Shown: piece by piece, positions 15,001 to 27,400 of the stretch
How the letters are laid out: each line of letters starts with the position of its first letter
Position numbering within the stretch: the first letter of the stretch is position 1
From: Phoronis australis
Lineage: Eukaryota > Animalia > Phoronida
DNA length: 64,000 nt
Assembly: GCA_002633005.1 (NCBI GenBank)
Contig: NMRA01000017.1
Coordinates: forward strand, 1,236,706 to 1,300,705
Direction: 5' to 3'
Made by a program: the position numbers and the translations under genes
Notes under the pieces: model-generated
The model's input: the letters and a program-made list of their open reading frames with translations, nothing else
Told to the model about the DNA's origin: nothing
Database searches by the model: none

Positions 15001-18000
15001 ACATCAGAAATAATGCAATTTTAAAAAGTTTATTCAGGTACTTCACCTATAGCCACATAAGCCTAAGATACACTTTTAAAAACACATACAAGCAGCTCAT
15101 AAGCAGTACATATGCATTGTCTGAACACTTCTGACGTGTACTGTATTAGTCCAGACTTCCCAAATTGCCCATGATGAGAGGGAACCATGCACTTGTTTGA
15201 ACTCCACTTAAAAATGTAACACACCGGCCTTCTCTCAAAAATAATGTTTGACTTAAGTGTCAACTTGTTCCTGCATCAAATAAGAGGTGATTTATGAGCT
15301 ACTGTAACTTATTATAATTCAAACAAAGGACAGGAACAGATTCTCTTCCTCTGTGGGGAAAGCTGTTTTTGACACCAGTATGTGTTTTTTAGCTGTACAA
15401 ATAGACCCAAAGCCTAGGAAGTAAATGATGAGATTACTATGGTGACAGTATTACTAATTTGTATCGTTATTATTAAGTAATACACTATTTCTTATAAACC
15501 AGTGACAGCACTTGAAAGCATACAATAAAAAATCATAATGAAAGCGCTCTGAAGAGCAACACGTGGTGAAAGAAATTAAAAATTTAAAGGTGAGATCGAG
15601 GACAAAACCAAGAACATAAACAATCATGACCACTACCCTTATTGCAGTAACGTATTAGATGGCCCTTAAGGAGATTTATTTAATACGTGCCAAATTTGAA
15701 AAAGTTCAGTCAAAGGATCGCAGAGCTGGATCTCCTCAAACATGATTAAAAAATGGCCATCACAATGCCACTTTGCATCCGATTTCACCCAAGAACAACA
15801 GTCCACGACCTAGTGACTAGGTAAACACTGTACGTAAATTTCAAGTCAATCAGACAAAAACTGGAATCTAGCACAAATATGATGGCTAGTAAAGTGCAAC
15901 TATAATTAACGAGTCAACGAAAGAACAGTCATCTGAGCAGTATATCTCGAATATCGCAAGTCAGTAAGTCGTAGCAAGTAATGGCTTTCACATACTGATC
16001 CGCTTAAAAAGATCAACCCACATACCAAATTTCAGACAGATCTATCAAGGGAGGCAGAAGAAACGGCACAAAAACTTATTTATTTGGAGACCAGTCCTCG
16101 AATAATTTCGAATAATATGAGCACGGCGATAACTAGAGAAAAACAAATGAAACACTTGCGACAGCCTCGGAATGATCTATCCACAAAAAGAAAAATTAGA
16201 AAAATACGACCAGTAACGATGGAGCTATGGCTCCGCAAATAAAAAAAGGGAAAAATAGCCGCCACAGCGCCATCTTGTATCGGATTTCAACAAAAATAAT
16301 AGGCTTCGAGCCATTCACAAGACACGATGTTTGTAAATTTCACGTTGATCCAATAAGAATTGCGATCTGTAGCGTGTGAACAAAAAACAAACAAAAATAA
16401 AAAACTTAAAAATTTTATGACTATGCAACATATTTCACCAAGTAAAAAGTTCCCTTCAGATCAGTATTTGACAGTAGCTTAATTGCAGTTTTAAGACATT
16501 GGTTTGCTGTTCATCAAGCTTAAATAGCTCTAGAGCAGACTTATTGATTGTGACTGAGTTTGAATCAAGGCACAATGTAATCTAAAAATGCAATTACACC
16601 ATAAGACAATAAAACATCAATTAACTAACGATTAAGTCAGACACCTTTATTCAACCAATTATCGTGGCTGGACAATAGTACCATTTCCCTGTACTGATGA
16701 TTCCAGAAATACTATTATGTCCATCTTGGCCTAGTTGAAAATCTGAGCAACTGGAAACCATAATCTGTGAAACAGTTGTAAAACACCATCGTATGTGTAG
16801 AAACTCTTCTTTTGCACAAAATCAACAGCTAAAATTGGCATTTTTTACTTTTTGAAAACTAACGATCATCTCTCAAAGCTAAAAGTATATGTATTGTTGA
16901 GAATTTTGAAAAAATACATGTTTTTCTTTTTAACCATAGATCTTGCATTTCTATGTTATAACCGCCACACAATGTGTTTTGAAAGTGAAAGTTATGTTTT
17001 GTAAATGTTTGAGTAGCAAATATCAATAAATCAATAAGTAGGTCAGAAAAATTGCTGCAACTGGTCAACACATTTAACAAAGAGCTTGTAGGAAAAAGAG
17101 TTGAACTGGCCCATTGATATTTGAAAGTACACATCCAGAGTTCAGACCATCTCTAATATGATTGTTACAAGTTAACTTCAAAAAGTAAAGCTACTGTCAT
17201 AAAATTCAGTGAAAGAACAACTTTTCACAGATGCTTCCTGAAAAAAATTACTTTACATGTTGCCAAGTCTCTAATGGGATATCCTTATTTCTTACCTGTG
17301 CGTGTCTGTCAAAAATAGTAGAGTATCTCTCCTCCCCCCTCCCGGGTGCACCTTCACTCATCAATCACAGTTGTAGGTGACTGACCCCTGGTGTGGTGAG
17401 AAGCACTCACTATTCAGGTGACCGTATCAAGACACACCACAGGGATGAAAGACAGGTACAGTACAAGCCAGACAAAATCATCTCCAATTCCCAGTTATGA
17501 TGGCTGGGCAAAAGCCAAATTCGTCTTCAGAGTAACCATCCCTCATGATCAAGAACATAGTGGATTTAACTAGGAAGTTAGTAAGGTGACTAAGTCATTC
17601 TGTAATTAAAATTTTGCCATCCTAAAAGTTATTACCAGTCATTTTTGCTGTCATGACAGGAAAATGATATTTTGTCTTTTGCATGGACAGATATAAACAA
17701 GTGGTTTAGTTGTTACTGCTCTATTTTGTAGCTAAAATCTAGAAAGTAGTGCCAGACATGTTTTTCAGTACTTTAGCCAAACAAATCCTAATACTTTTTA
17801 AAAATGAATCAGATGTTCTTGTACATGATACTTATGCTTATACCATTATTATACTGAGCATGGCGTGCTTTACAAGTCCTTAAAACTCGGGCATCCTGTT
17901 AACCTAGTGGGTACTTACGGTACTGTTTGGTACTATTGTGTTATGCAGACCTCGCCTGTGTAAGTTCTGACTAGCTATTGTTCAGCTTTATTGTTGGCAA

Positions 18001-19549
18001 TTAGGTTTAAATATCATGTCATTTTCTTGTTCTGTTATAAAACCAATGTTAATTAGTTGAAAGATATTTGTCAATTAAAATTTATTATCAGCCACTGCTA
18101 TGATTGCTGGTAATAGTCACTTACACGGTCTTACATTTTGAGAACCAGTTTTCTCCACTGAATAAAGGGCATCAGACTGGTTCTCAAAATCCAGGATCCT
18201 TGTAAGTGACTATTGTCGAGTTGCCTGCCTACCTGATCTTCAGTAACAATCACTTCCTCGACCTCATCATACTCTGACTCCTCATCTATATCTAAACGTT
18301 TGTTTGCTGGAATACCATGCCGCATCCTGTATGATTCTTCTTCATCTTGTTGCTAAGGAAATGACAACATCAGCGTAAGACATGTTTGTCGAGTGCTGCA
18401 CAGTATTATCCATTCTTGAATATTACACAAAGTATTTTTTACAGAAATAACCCGGAAGCGTATCAGGTAATTTGTGAATGCTTGAGAAAGTTCAGCGGTA
18501 AATGCTTTATTAAAGGATACCAAACCAGGTTTAGTCCTATTAACAGATATTAAAAACGACATTCCCACCCAATTCTTTGAAACAAAATAATGCTCTATAA
18601 CCCTCGACAACCCTCAAAAGTTTGGAGGAAAATGAGAGAACTCCTTTTGAAGACTTGAAAAACGGGCAGGCGACGAATTGCAAGGAAACTGTGGAGTAAG
18701 ACCACCAAGAACCATAATATCCAATCTGTGACATAGAGAGTATAAGATTTTAGTTGGTTGAACTTGGTTCCTGCTTTTATCTTCCAAGAAAAGCGCCAAT
18801 GATGCATTAGCAGGTGACATAACAAGGATTGGCTGAAACCATCAAAACAGTGTTTAGTATCCTTTTAAATAACCAAAGGATCACCGTCCCAATCTTTCAA
18901 AGTAGGAAACAGACCACTTGTCTGTTTCAGTCATTCTCATAATGTTCTTTTATTGTGAATTAACAAATAGGGGATCAAATTATCAATCTCCATTTACATG
19001 TGAGAATTCACTCACAGGCTCAAAAATTCTCACAATGCCAGTACATTTGAATTTCAAGTTAGTGAACAAAATAAGTTACGAGCACTCTGTCATCAAATTT
19101 GTGAATAGCATGTTGCATTGCAGATATCAATGCTTGATGTTTACCTTGAAATTTACTACCGGCAAGTAAGAGTGGCTTCAGTAATTCACTAAATTATAGT
19201 TAGTGCTTGAAAGTTTGACACCAGTTCCTTTAACAAATGTAGGTTCATAACTCTGTAGTGTAACTCTGTCACAACCTGTCACTCTGTCTAACAGTAGGAG
19301 TGGACCCAACCTTAAATAATTTGTTACATAGCCAAAGCTCAAAAAGTCACTTACCTTTTTTCGCTGCCAACTCCTGATGCACACCACTGAGCAGGCAAAG
19401 GCCACACCCAGTCCCAGCAGGAAGCCAAATACAGCTGCAAGCCCCACCCACAACTTGTCAGCATCCCAGAAACTCTTAGTGACTGACACAGAGATCTCTA
19501 AACAGCTGCCAATGATGACAGGGGCCACGCTTGATATCAGTGACGACAT
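61..19549 (-). CDS. EVC: EVC (Ellis-van Creveld protein)-like ciliary membrane protein; 3'-partial, continues left of the window
   Basis: Thirteen GT-AG exons join in frame (1835 nt, ~611 aa): 19549-19355, 18352-18233, 11277-11114, 10826-10742, 10230-10078, 9454-9365, 9137-8982, 8745-8529, 5098-4953, 3646-3548, 3060-2919, 1664-1487, 150-61. An in-frame TAA lies upstream of the ATG. The N-terminal signal-anchor TM (LWVGLAAVFGFLLGLGVAFACSVVCI-RSWQRKK) recalls the human EVC LLGAALGLGLGLWL anchor and is followed by a long E/K/Q-rich coiled coil. The gene is divergent from an EVC2-like gene and shares segments with it. The symbol is assigned from architecture plus synteny. Confidence 0.8.
1924..2732. 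mobile_element. Non-autonomous DNA element (CATAGGCGGAT...ATCCGCCACTG) spanning the N gap
   Basis: Imperfect TIRs with a 5-bp direct repeat TTATC at 1919-1923 and 2733-2737, G/C tracts, and an internal tRNA-like A/B box stretch at ~2435-2491. Confidence 0.65.
2101..2368. other. Assembly gap (N run)
   Basis: Run of n characters. Confidence 1.
4093..4543. mobile_element. TTAA-flanked MITE (Kolobok-like termini)
   Basis: ttaa-GGTTATATAGGA...GTCCTACAAAACA-ttaa; the termini are shared with 47649-48128 and 51301-52159. Confidence 0.55.
5208..7916 (+). mobile_element. Decayed THAP-domain DNA transposon (P-element-like) in an EVC intron
   Basis: TIRs of ~30 bp: CAAGGAGTGTAGTAGTATAGGAGAGTTCACT at the left and AGTGAACTCTCCTATACTCGTACACTCCTTG at the right. 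A 7-bp TSD GTTCTAG flanks it (5201-5207 and 7917-7923), and it contains a THAP remnant. CA..TG ends, a 7-8 bp TSD and a THAP domain fit the P superfamily. Confidence 0.85.
5317..6290 (+). pseudogene. Spliced THAP zinc-finger transposase remnant
   Basis: Exon 5317-5414 encodes MGKDAFCSVINFMNSSTKTPDMSFFRFPKDPE(R), with Phe where the second Cys is expected, followed by a gtaagg donor. The exon from 6115 reads CKRW..ADLMNIDATYLSKNRKL..HHFEESMFMN..AV.TIFDVPNPPK with frameshifts. No intact catalytic domain is visible. Confidence 0.85.
7930..8085. repeat. Dispersed repeat with an inverted diverged copy at ~24185-24358
   Basis: GTTGGTG...GAGATGAGCAAAAATG...ATTTTT(T)ACTC..C.CTTGGCA matches the reverse complement of the 24.2-24.36 kb segment. 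Confidence 0.6.
8290..8529 (-). repeat. Degenerate ~61-bp tandem repeat (about 4 units) abutting an EVC splice donor
   Basis: Recurring ATGACCT.TGTAGTCAGACC...CCAGCA.AGTCATAA(C/T)TTACC units. Confidence 0.8.
10545..10740. repeat. Degenerate (CAC/CAT/CAA)n low-complexity tract in an EVC intron
   Basis: Runs of caccat/caccaa/catcac next to the donor of exon 10826-10742. Confidence 0.7.
14235..14440. repeat. Dispersed repeat family, other copies at ~11550-11756 and ~60030-60220
   Basis: Shared TTTTCAAA(A/G)GCTGAT.AC...ATGGA...AATTTTCTT...TTG(T/C)C(A/G)GCCATATT motifs occur in the same order in three places. Confidence 0.6.
14458..14603. mobile_element. Tc1/mariner-type MITE
   Basis: Perfect ~25-bp TIR CGGTAAAGTCGCGTGATTTTCGGAC / GTCCGAAAATCACGCGACTTTACCG, flanked by TA on both sides. 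Confidence 0.8.
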
Positions 19550-21495
19550 AATGGCCTGCACTGCCAGCCAACTTTACTTCTGCCTTTCTATACTTCTACC
19601 TAAAGAAAAATAGAACATTTAAAGTTTTACTTGTTGAACAACAAAGCATATGTTCATAACTAAGGACATTTTCAAAAGTGTTTAAAACATACAGTGAGGG
19701 AGGGTGAAATGGGATCACTACCTCAAAGGAGTCTCAGGTTGAATGTCGGCTCGATGTTTAAAGGTTTTTAACTCTAAAACTAAAACAAGATCAGACAAGT
19801 TTAACATGCAGAGAATCACCACCAAGTAAAAAGGTAAAACGGTGTATTTACCAGGGTGGTAGATGAACTGTGGTCAAGGGGTTCTCATTACAGTGTTGGC
19901 AGGAGTGCTTACACTCTGTAAAAGGTTTTCATGAAACTCCATATATAAAAGATCCATTTTTTTTTAAAATTTTTTTTTAATGTTTATTACGAAATCTTCA
20001 GAATACAATGAATATACATAACCCAGAAAGCGCCAAGAGGCATTAGATCTGGGTAAAAAAATACAAAGAAGTCTATATACAATGATTATATACAAATACA
20101 TAAATAAAAAAAACTGATGTTAAGAATACAATGATATATGACAACGAATGAAAATAATTTATTTTCATACAGATGTATAAAATTCTATCCACTCAGATCC
20201 ATTTGTAGAGTTCTCATGAAAAAGTTATGTTACATAGATTAGAAAAAAATCTTGCAGTGAAACAAATTACAGAAATCTCAAAAATGCACACTGTGTGTGT
20301 CCATTTAGTTTTTATATTGGTTGCCATGTGACGACTCAGTGAATTTTGATGCAGGTTGAAATTTAGGAAAATCTATTCAACCATCAAACAGAAAATTAAG
20401 TGATTTTTCAATCATTTGAAATTTATGTTTCAGTGAATTGAGACATAAGTTGATTAAAAGTTGGGCAATTTCATATGTCAACCAGTGGGGTGGTGGTGCA
20501 AAATTAGCGACAGCCTTGGAAAGTTTAAGTGATGACAATATAAGGGAGAATTGGACGGCCAAGTGGGGGAGGGGCAAAAGTTTGTCGATGAGGGGAAGCA
20601 GAGTTTGATACAGTGGAGTTCGTGCCCTGCCAATAATTTTTACCTTCTGCAAGCCTGCTCAGTGCACTGTCTTAGTGACTACCCTCATTTGCAACATCCA
20701 AGAACAGACTGTGTATGTACTACACAACTAACTTATTATCAATTTAAGAGGTTGCCAAGAATGGCTTTTTGTTCCCCCAGCACTCAGCCAGTGGCATTCA
20801 GTCTTCGATTTTTGGAGTTTGAGTTGATTTCTGTTCAAAGAGCAATACGCCAGCAGGCAAAGCAAAATCATAGCCAGGCAGCTGACTCTATGTAGACTAG
20901 TGTCATAATACAACTTAGGGAGCTATTGCATTGTAAATTTATAAATTACACTCCTGACCTCCGTAGCTCCGTTTGTCATCTCATAATGAAAACTATAATG
21001 TGTCTAGCTCTCAACTGGACCTTGTCCGTTACAGCTGTTTAAGTGAAAAGTAATTTTCTTGTATCACACTCCCGCTTTTGTAACAAAAAAATTGGCAAAA
21101 GAAGAAACAATTTGCTGAAGAAATTTAATTTGGTTTGCCGGTTCAATTCAAATAATATATTGCAACCTTGTATGGTAGATGAACAGTTGAAAGAATCAGC
21201 AAAAAAGAAATTGCATGTTCAATAGGTATGTTCTCTTTATAGCACAATTAACTGCAAAGAATCGACATGAATTTCAAGACCAAAATAAAAGAAACCTTTT
21301 TTTATGGCAAATCATATTGATTTGCTCAAGAAAGAGTGTATTTTTTATTGACATTAATTTTGTACATTTGGTTTCCTCTTGTATCATTCCAACCTATTGC
21401 ATGCAGACAGCTACATTATATCAATTAGTGATTGCACTCCAAAAGCTGAGCTAACACTAAAAGCACATGCACTCACACCAATCCAGACCAGAGTC

Positions 21496-21665
21496 CATAG
21501 GCGGATCCAGGGGCGTGAAGGGCAAGAAAAAAGGGTCTGGACCCCCCTTTTTCCTTGATTTTAGTGACATCAAATCTAACATTTTCAAATTGTTGATTTG
21601 GGCCCCCCTATTTAAAAAAATCCTTGATCCGACCACCCCTTTTAAAAATCCTCGATCCGCCCTTG
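21496..21665. mobile_element. MITE with the same terminal family as 1924-2732
   Basis: CATAGGCGGATC...GATCCGCCCTTG termini, with direct repeat GAGTC immediately on both sides. Confidence 0.75.
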
Positions 21666-21925
21666 GAGTCACACATGAGATATATAGTCACAATGAACTG
21701 TTTAGAGAAAGAAGCTCCACTTCAAGTGGAGCTTCCACTGCACAATGCCAATGGTCAATGCTGACTGCCACAGTGACAACCGATATCCAAGTGTTGGCGT
21801 ATCGTTACACAAGAGTTTGCTACACCACTTGATTGTAGACTAGAACTAATGAGTTTTATACTTACTTCCCAGACAAGAAAGCTTTAAAATGGCTTCATAT
21901 GATGATTGTGAAAATTGTATTTTAC

Positions 21926-21990
21926 CTATGATGCTTTCAGACACCTGTTTTGGTCGCCATTTTGTTTTCCATATATGGTAGTCCGACGTC
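21926..21990 (-). other. EVC: Putative non-coding first exon of the EVC-like gene
   Basis: On the - strand it reads AAAATGGCG (YY1-like motif typical near a TSS), a short uORF (ATG GCG ACC AAA ACA GGT GTC TGA), then the donor ATAG|gtaaaa at 21926/21925. The first coding exon has an acceptor at 19602-19600. The 5' end is approximate. Confidence 0.5.
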
Positions 21991-22110
21991 AGTGGGGGTT
22001 GTCACGCAATCTGTTTCGCATTGCACTGAACAGTGAATACTATTGAATGGGGCATGCGACACTAAACAGCGGGGAGATTGTCACTACAACAGCTACAAAC
22101 ATGGCCGTAC
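21950..22110. promoter_or_regulatory. Putative bidirectional promoter shared by EVC and EVC2
   Basis: Locally CpG-richer segment between two divergent candidate first exons. Outward-facing YY1-like motifs sit at ~21955-21963 (- strand AAAATGGCG) and ~22098-22106 (+ strand AACATGGCC). It also has a CRE-like GACGTCA at ~21985 and two TTGTCAC-containing, weakly X-box-like motifs at ~21998 and ~22077. Confidence 0.5.
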
Positions 22111-22226
22111 TCCTTTCAGTACTTACATGAATTACGCGACTTTCTTTTAAAATATGCTTGAAATACGACGAAAATAGCTTTTGAAGATTGTGCCATTAGC
22201 AAACTCGATGCTCAGGAAAATATCAG
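22080..22226 (+). other. EVC2: Putative non-coding first exon of the EVC2-like gene
   Basis: Strong donor CAG|gtaaga at 22226/22227. The first coding exon has a polypyrimidine tract and cag acceptor ending at 24444, 11 nt before the ATG. The 5' end is approximate. Confidence 0.45.
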
Positions 22227-24455
22227 GTAAGAAATTGAGCATTGAAATTTCTCAGATGTCTTCTGTTTGGCGTTGGCAGCCGTTGGCGCTTTATCCAGAA
22301 TGCTTTCACTTTTCTGAGGCATCCAGTGACCAAGGTCGAGGCCAAAGTTCAACAACAAACGAAATGAACTTCATCAGGCACATTTTGTGTGCCTTACTCG
22401 AGAAAATCATCGGACGCAACATAGTGATCGAGTTACTATTCAAATGTGTATTTGATTTTGCTTGATTCGGTTTGGGTACACCCGTGGCTATATACACGCT
22501 TAATCATGCATGGATGCATGCCTTTTCAGCCTTTTTAACAAGGTTTGTTTTTGTTAAGAACTCTTTGTTTTATTGGGCTACACAAACTTCCACTTAAAGT
22601 TTTGTATTTAAGCTTAAATTATCAAGTATGGTCTTTTGTTAACGTAAATAAAATATTGTTGATTTAGTTTCCGTGTAATTGAGACATTGTCGTGTTGTGG
22701 CTACAGAAATTGTGACTAATGAAAACGAGCAGAAACTGAGAATTAAGGAATTTTCACTAAAATTGTTATTATATGCCAGCACCAGTGTAATTTTTATGCA
22801 ATTATATTTATTTGTATGGAACTTTACTGCCAAATAATGTATGCAACATAAATGATCTGAGTGCCTTCATAATTCTTTAAAGACCACTATGTGAGTTTCA
22901 TAGTTGTGAGTATTGTTACGAAAGATTGTAACGTTTTAGGTCAAGTTATGCATTGAAAATTTTTTTCTCATGTATGTCTATGTTTATAATTCTCTTAAAA
23001 TGTTGTATAGTTCTTCCTCGATTTCTGTTGGGGACTAGCACATGTGCAAAATGTTGTATCTGTTTGTGAATCAAGCCGACTTGAAAAAACTTTTCTTACT
23101 TACTTAGGTATATCTCTGGAGCCACAAAATTAAATTGTTTTCGTTGTCTTGATAGTCACATGTTCACATTTGATGAGAGTTATTCTACATCTTCACTGTT
23201 CTTTTTCATTTTTTTCACAGTTTTGCTTAACTGTGATCTCTCAAGTGCTTATTTGTTTACTATCATCTCAAGCTTCGATAAACCAGCATCCCATCATGAA
23301 AGCCAATTTTTTATTTAAATGAACATGATCATTTATTGTTCCTCAATCAATGTAGGGTTGATTTTTGGACTTAGAAACAACTGGCTTCTCGTTTATTGCT
23401 CAAAACAGGGCTCTAATAGTTGACTTGTTGTGGCCTGTCATTTTATTCACCGAGCCAGGTGTTGAGAAACAATGGGCTATCACTGGGAGGACCAGAAATA
23501 TCTTCTCAAGTTGACGGTATTGTTGTAGTTGTAGCAGTAAGTAAGTGATCTAAATTGTAATTTTGTTTCTTTGACGTACCGTGATCTTATTCACAAATAT
23601 TACCATGTTTATCTTCATGCCGCACAAAATGTAATTATTATTTTTCAAAACCAGTATCCTATTATCTTTTAGTACTAGCTCTCTCTTTCTCTCTTCTGGA
23701 GATCACTCATATTAAAAAGGTGGCCACATGAGCGTAACAGAAATTGTGGATAGGCTGCACTTTTCAGCCAGATTTGACCTTAAAACCCCATACATTGCAT
23801 ACTGGATTGTGCAGGGTCATCTGCCTACTCGCAATAAGCATTGCTATTGATTGTTGTTGTTTTAATCCAGCTAATTACTCGGAAAACAATAATTGTAAAA
23901 ATTCTGGAAATATCCGATCAACTGATGAGATATCTACACAGAAATGGTCGTTCTAAGGTGTTTATAAGCAACATAAAGAGCTGTGTTTTCAAGTTAAAAA
24001 GTCTAATTCTTGAATATCCAAACTATCGTGAAAGATTTCACATCAAATGATAGCTTATGGAAAACGCCAAAAAAGCATTATAGTTAGTTGTGGTCATTAC
24101 TCTAACTCATTTTGAGACCTGAGCTCATTGACTAAAAACGCTTGCCTGTATCAGCAACACGCAACCAAGATTTTTAGTGTTTTTGTTGAAAAGCTGCATA
24201 AGGCATGTAAGCAACGGTTAGTAAAGTTTGAAATGCCACGATATGCCAAGCGATGAGTAAAAATCCCGCATCATTTTTGCTCATCTCTAGTGCTCTTTTT
24301 TGGAAAGTTGAGCAGATAAAATTACCTCACCACCAACTCAATTTTCAAAACCTAAACCACAGCTGCTATGCTTTTTGACCTTACAACTGTATTAAAAAAT
24401 TGCCTTTTAATATTACCCATTTTCTCTTTTCTTGTATTTTTCAGACACATTCAAT

Positions 24456-27400
24456 ATGAGGCATTGTTGGATGCTGGCAGTTCTTCTCTTGCCATCATTT
24501 CTTGCTGTCATCAATGGTGACCTCCAGTTCCTGCCCAAACCTGCAGGCTTTCGTAACCAAACCCGACCACTGATGAGTGGAGGCCTGAAGGATGTGCGCC
24601 TCACAATGAGCAAGCAGAACGATCCCACTCAGTTATCCGAGATGTACTTAGATGAGACTGCTAATCTCAGTGTTTCTATAGAACTCCTTCCTAATACAAC
24701 CGACTCACTCTATGTCGAAGTTGTCTTGCCTCATACCTCAATTGAAAAACCACTGTGTCTTCCTTATGGGGTCAATAAAACCATTACATGTAATGGTACA
24801 ACCACTACATACAAGCCTTACTTTGAAGTCACCCAAACGCCAGTTGTACGTGTTCAAGGACCTATAATACCACAGTTGTTGTTTGTGCCTGCAAAGGAGT
24901 CTGAGTCTAACTCATCAGATGTGACATGTGAAACCAAAGAAGTCTGTGTTGACTCCTCTGAATGTTTGGACCTTTGTAAGAATTTAGACAACGCCACCTG
25001 TATTCCACCTAGCTGTTTACATCTTGAGAACAACACATGTATTGGATCGAAGTGTCTTAACTGGACCTCTGACCGCTGTCCATGCAATGTGACTTCCTTG
25101 GAGAATGCTACATGTATACCCACGTATTGTCATAATTTCATTAACGGTACGTGTCTGGGTAACAAATGTCTGAACTGGAGTGAGCATCATTGTGTCAATT
25201 CACAAATAGGATGTTCTAATTACGATTTGAAGGAAGCCACTTGTATACCTAGACATTGTATTGATCTTGTTAATACCTCATGTATCGGTAAGCATTGCTT
25301 GAATTGGACGAATGACAACTGCACTGTGCATAAATCGTGTGCTGCATCACAACTTGACAACAAATCATGTATTCCAAGCTACTGTGTGAACTATCGTAAT
25401 GCCACCTGCGTTGGGCTTAAATGTCTGAATTGGACAACTGATCGCTGCGAGGTTGAGGAACCCTGTCCATGTTCGGTGAATAAAACGACATGTGTGCGGC
25501 GAGTTCAACGATCAATCAAAGAATCATACACTTTGAGCATGTCTACAGATAAACACGCAGTGTTTGTTGTTTTTGATCGTATTATTGTAAACAGCTCTCA
25601 TAAGATTGGCCAAGTATACATAGACTCTCTAGTCACTCCAAGAAGGGGTTATGCTCACATTGGTGGAAGATACAAGTTTAAGTCGACTGCCATTACAACG
25701 TGGCGTGATGATGAAAAAGATGATGAAAAGTCAGTAATCATCAATGGCGCCTTGCTAGATGGGAATATGTTTGTTCAGACTAGTATCTTGAAGAACTTAG
25801 AGGCTGGAGATCTGATGGACTTCAAGATTGTAGTGAAGCATGACGCATACTCCCAGGAGGAGGCTGCCCCTCTAGTTGTAAGTAGAATTTATTCTGCAGT
25901 CTCAATTGGTATATAATGCTGAAATTCAGAATGAATTTTTAATTTTTACTGGTATGGCGTTTTTAGTAATAATAATTAAAAGCTGTTCACTTATAAAGCC
26001 TGGCGAGCAACCAAGTGAAATTTCCTTTAAGTGTCAACATTTCTGACAGAAATCTTAGAGGTTTTATTAATTGTGAGCATTGGTTTTTCTGTGCTACTGT
26101 CATAAAACAATGCTCAGTAAGTACAATTTTGACTTTTTGGTACTGCATAATAGTTGACTTTTGAAAGCGAAAAGAAAGTTTGGGCTGAATAATAATTCTG
26201 ACTTAGCTTTTCTAAGGAATTGGCCATCCAACTCTCAGGTTGTTCTTGTTAAATGTTAATCATTTTGTTTTATTCCTAACAAAGGACTAATACTCTTAAT
26301 AATTTAGGAAAATTTTATGTTAATGATTTCTTTATTTATTTATTTTTGAATGGGCTGGGTTATCAATGCTTAATTTGTGTGTTTACTATTTTTTATAGAT
26401 TGAACTTACAGAGCACTTTGCTACATTCGTAAAAGGAAATCTGATATATGAAAACGTATCCGAGACCCTAACTGCTGCCAATCTGACGGGAATTCACATG
26501 AAAAGCCTACCTCTTGGTAAGGAGGTGTCAATCCATGTCAATATGGTGGTGCCAGATAATGCGCCCTCTGGTGGGGGCTCCCTGAAGGTGTCTACAAGGT
26601 ACAAACCAGCTAGTAGGCCAAGTAAGTACTGTCTAGTGCTGTGATACCTGCAAGAACTTTTGAGGAACTGATCAATTGTAAAAACCACTTAAGAGCATGT
26701 TCGCGAATGGACCAGGCAGAGGGTGATAAACNATAATGATCTCGTGCGCCGATATTTTTTATTGTGCAGTGCAAATAAGGCATTTTCGGCGAGTTCATTG
26801 CATGGCATACCCCCAAAATAGAGGCTCCCTGATTTCTCCCCCTTAAACAAGGTAAAATGAGATTGGACTTTACTGTTTTGTTTATCATCCCAAAGGTAAC
26901 TAAAATGCATAGTATGGTTCAATTCGGTGACATTGGGTTTATCACCCCTCTGGGCATTTTTGCCTGCTGTGAGCCGTACTTCACTCTTAAGCTGCTAAGC
27001 CAACTCATTTGCGTTCCTATAAGTACAGTTTACACTGGCATGAGTCACTTAGTTTGTTCTTTTCTTTAGCTTTGGACTCTTGTGAGCCAACTAGTAGGTA
27101 GGGTAAACACTGGTGCTGTGATGGCTGCAATAGGTTTTGGGGAACTGATTAATGCAAAGACCCCTTTGGATGTTACATTAAATCATTTACTATATGTAAC
27201 ACAACTCAAGTTACACTCACTGGCAATTATGTGTCGGTAAGTTTTGTCATTTCCTTGGCTAACTATTTGAACTCGCCCAATATAAGTAAATTACTTGCCA
27301 GTGTTGTTTAGCTTGGCAACACTATTGATTAAAAATAGCATCTGACTAATTTTGTTGTTTTTCAGATTATCGTGAAACGTATGATGACGATAAAGTGTCT

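Noticed and set aside
15590-16400. Repeat-like segment with recurring CCAAATTT(C/G)A motifs
   Set aside because: Probably an interspersed repeat, but I could not establish termini, a TSD or a clear second copy.
24432-25916. 494-aa ORF as a standalone secreted or viral-like glycoprotein gene
   Set aside because: It has an acceptor at 24444 and a donor at 25878 and splices in frame into the EVC2 exons, so it is the first coding exon.
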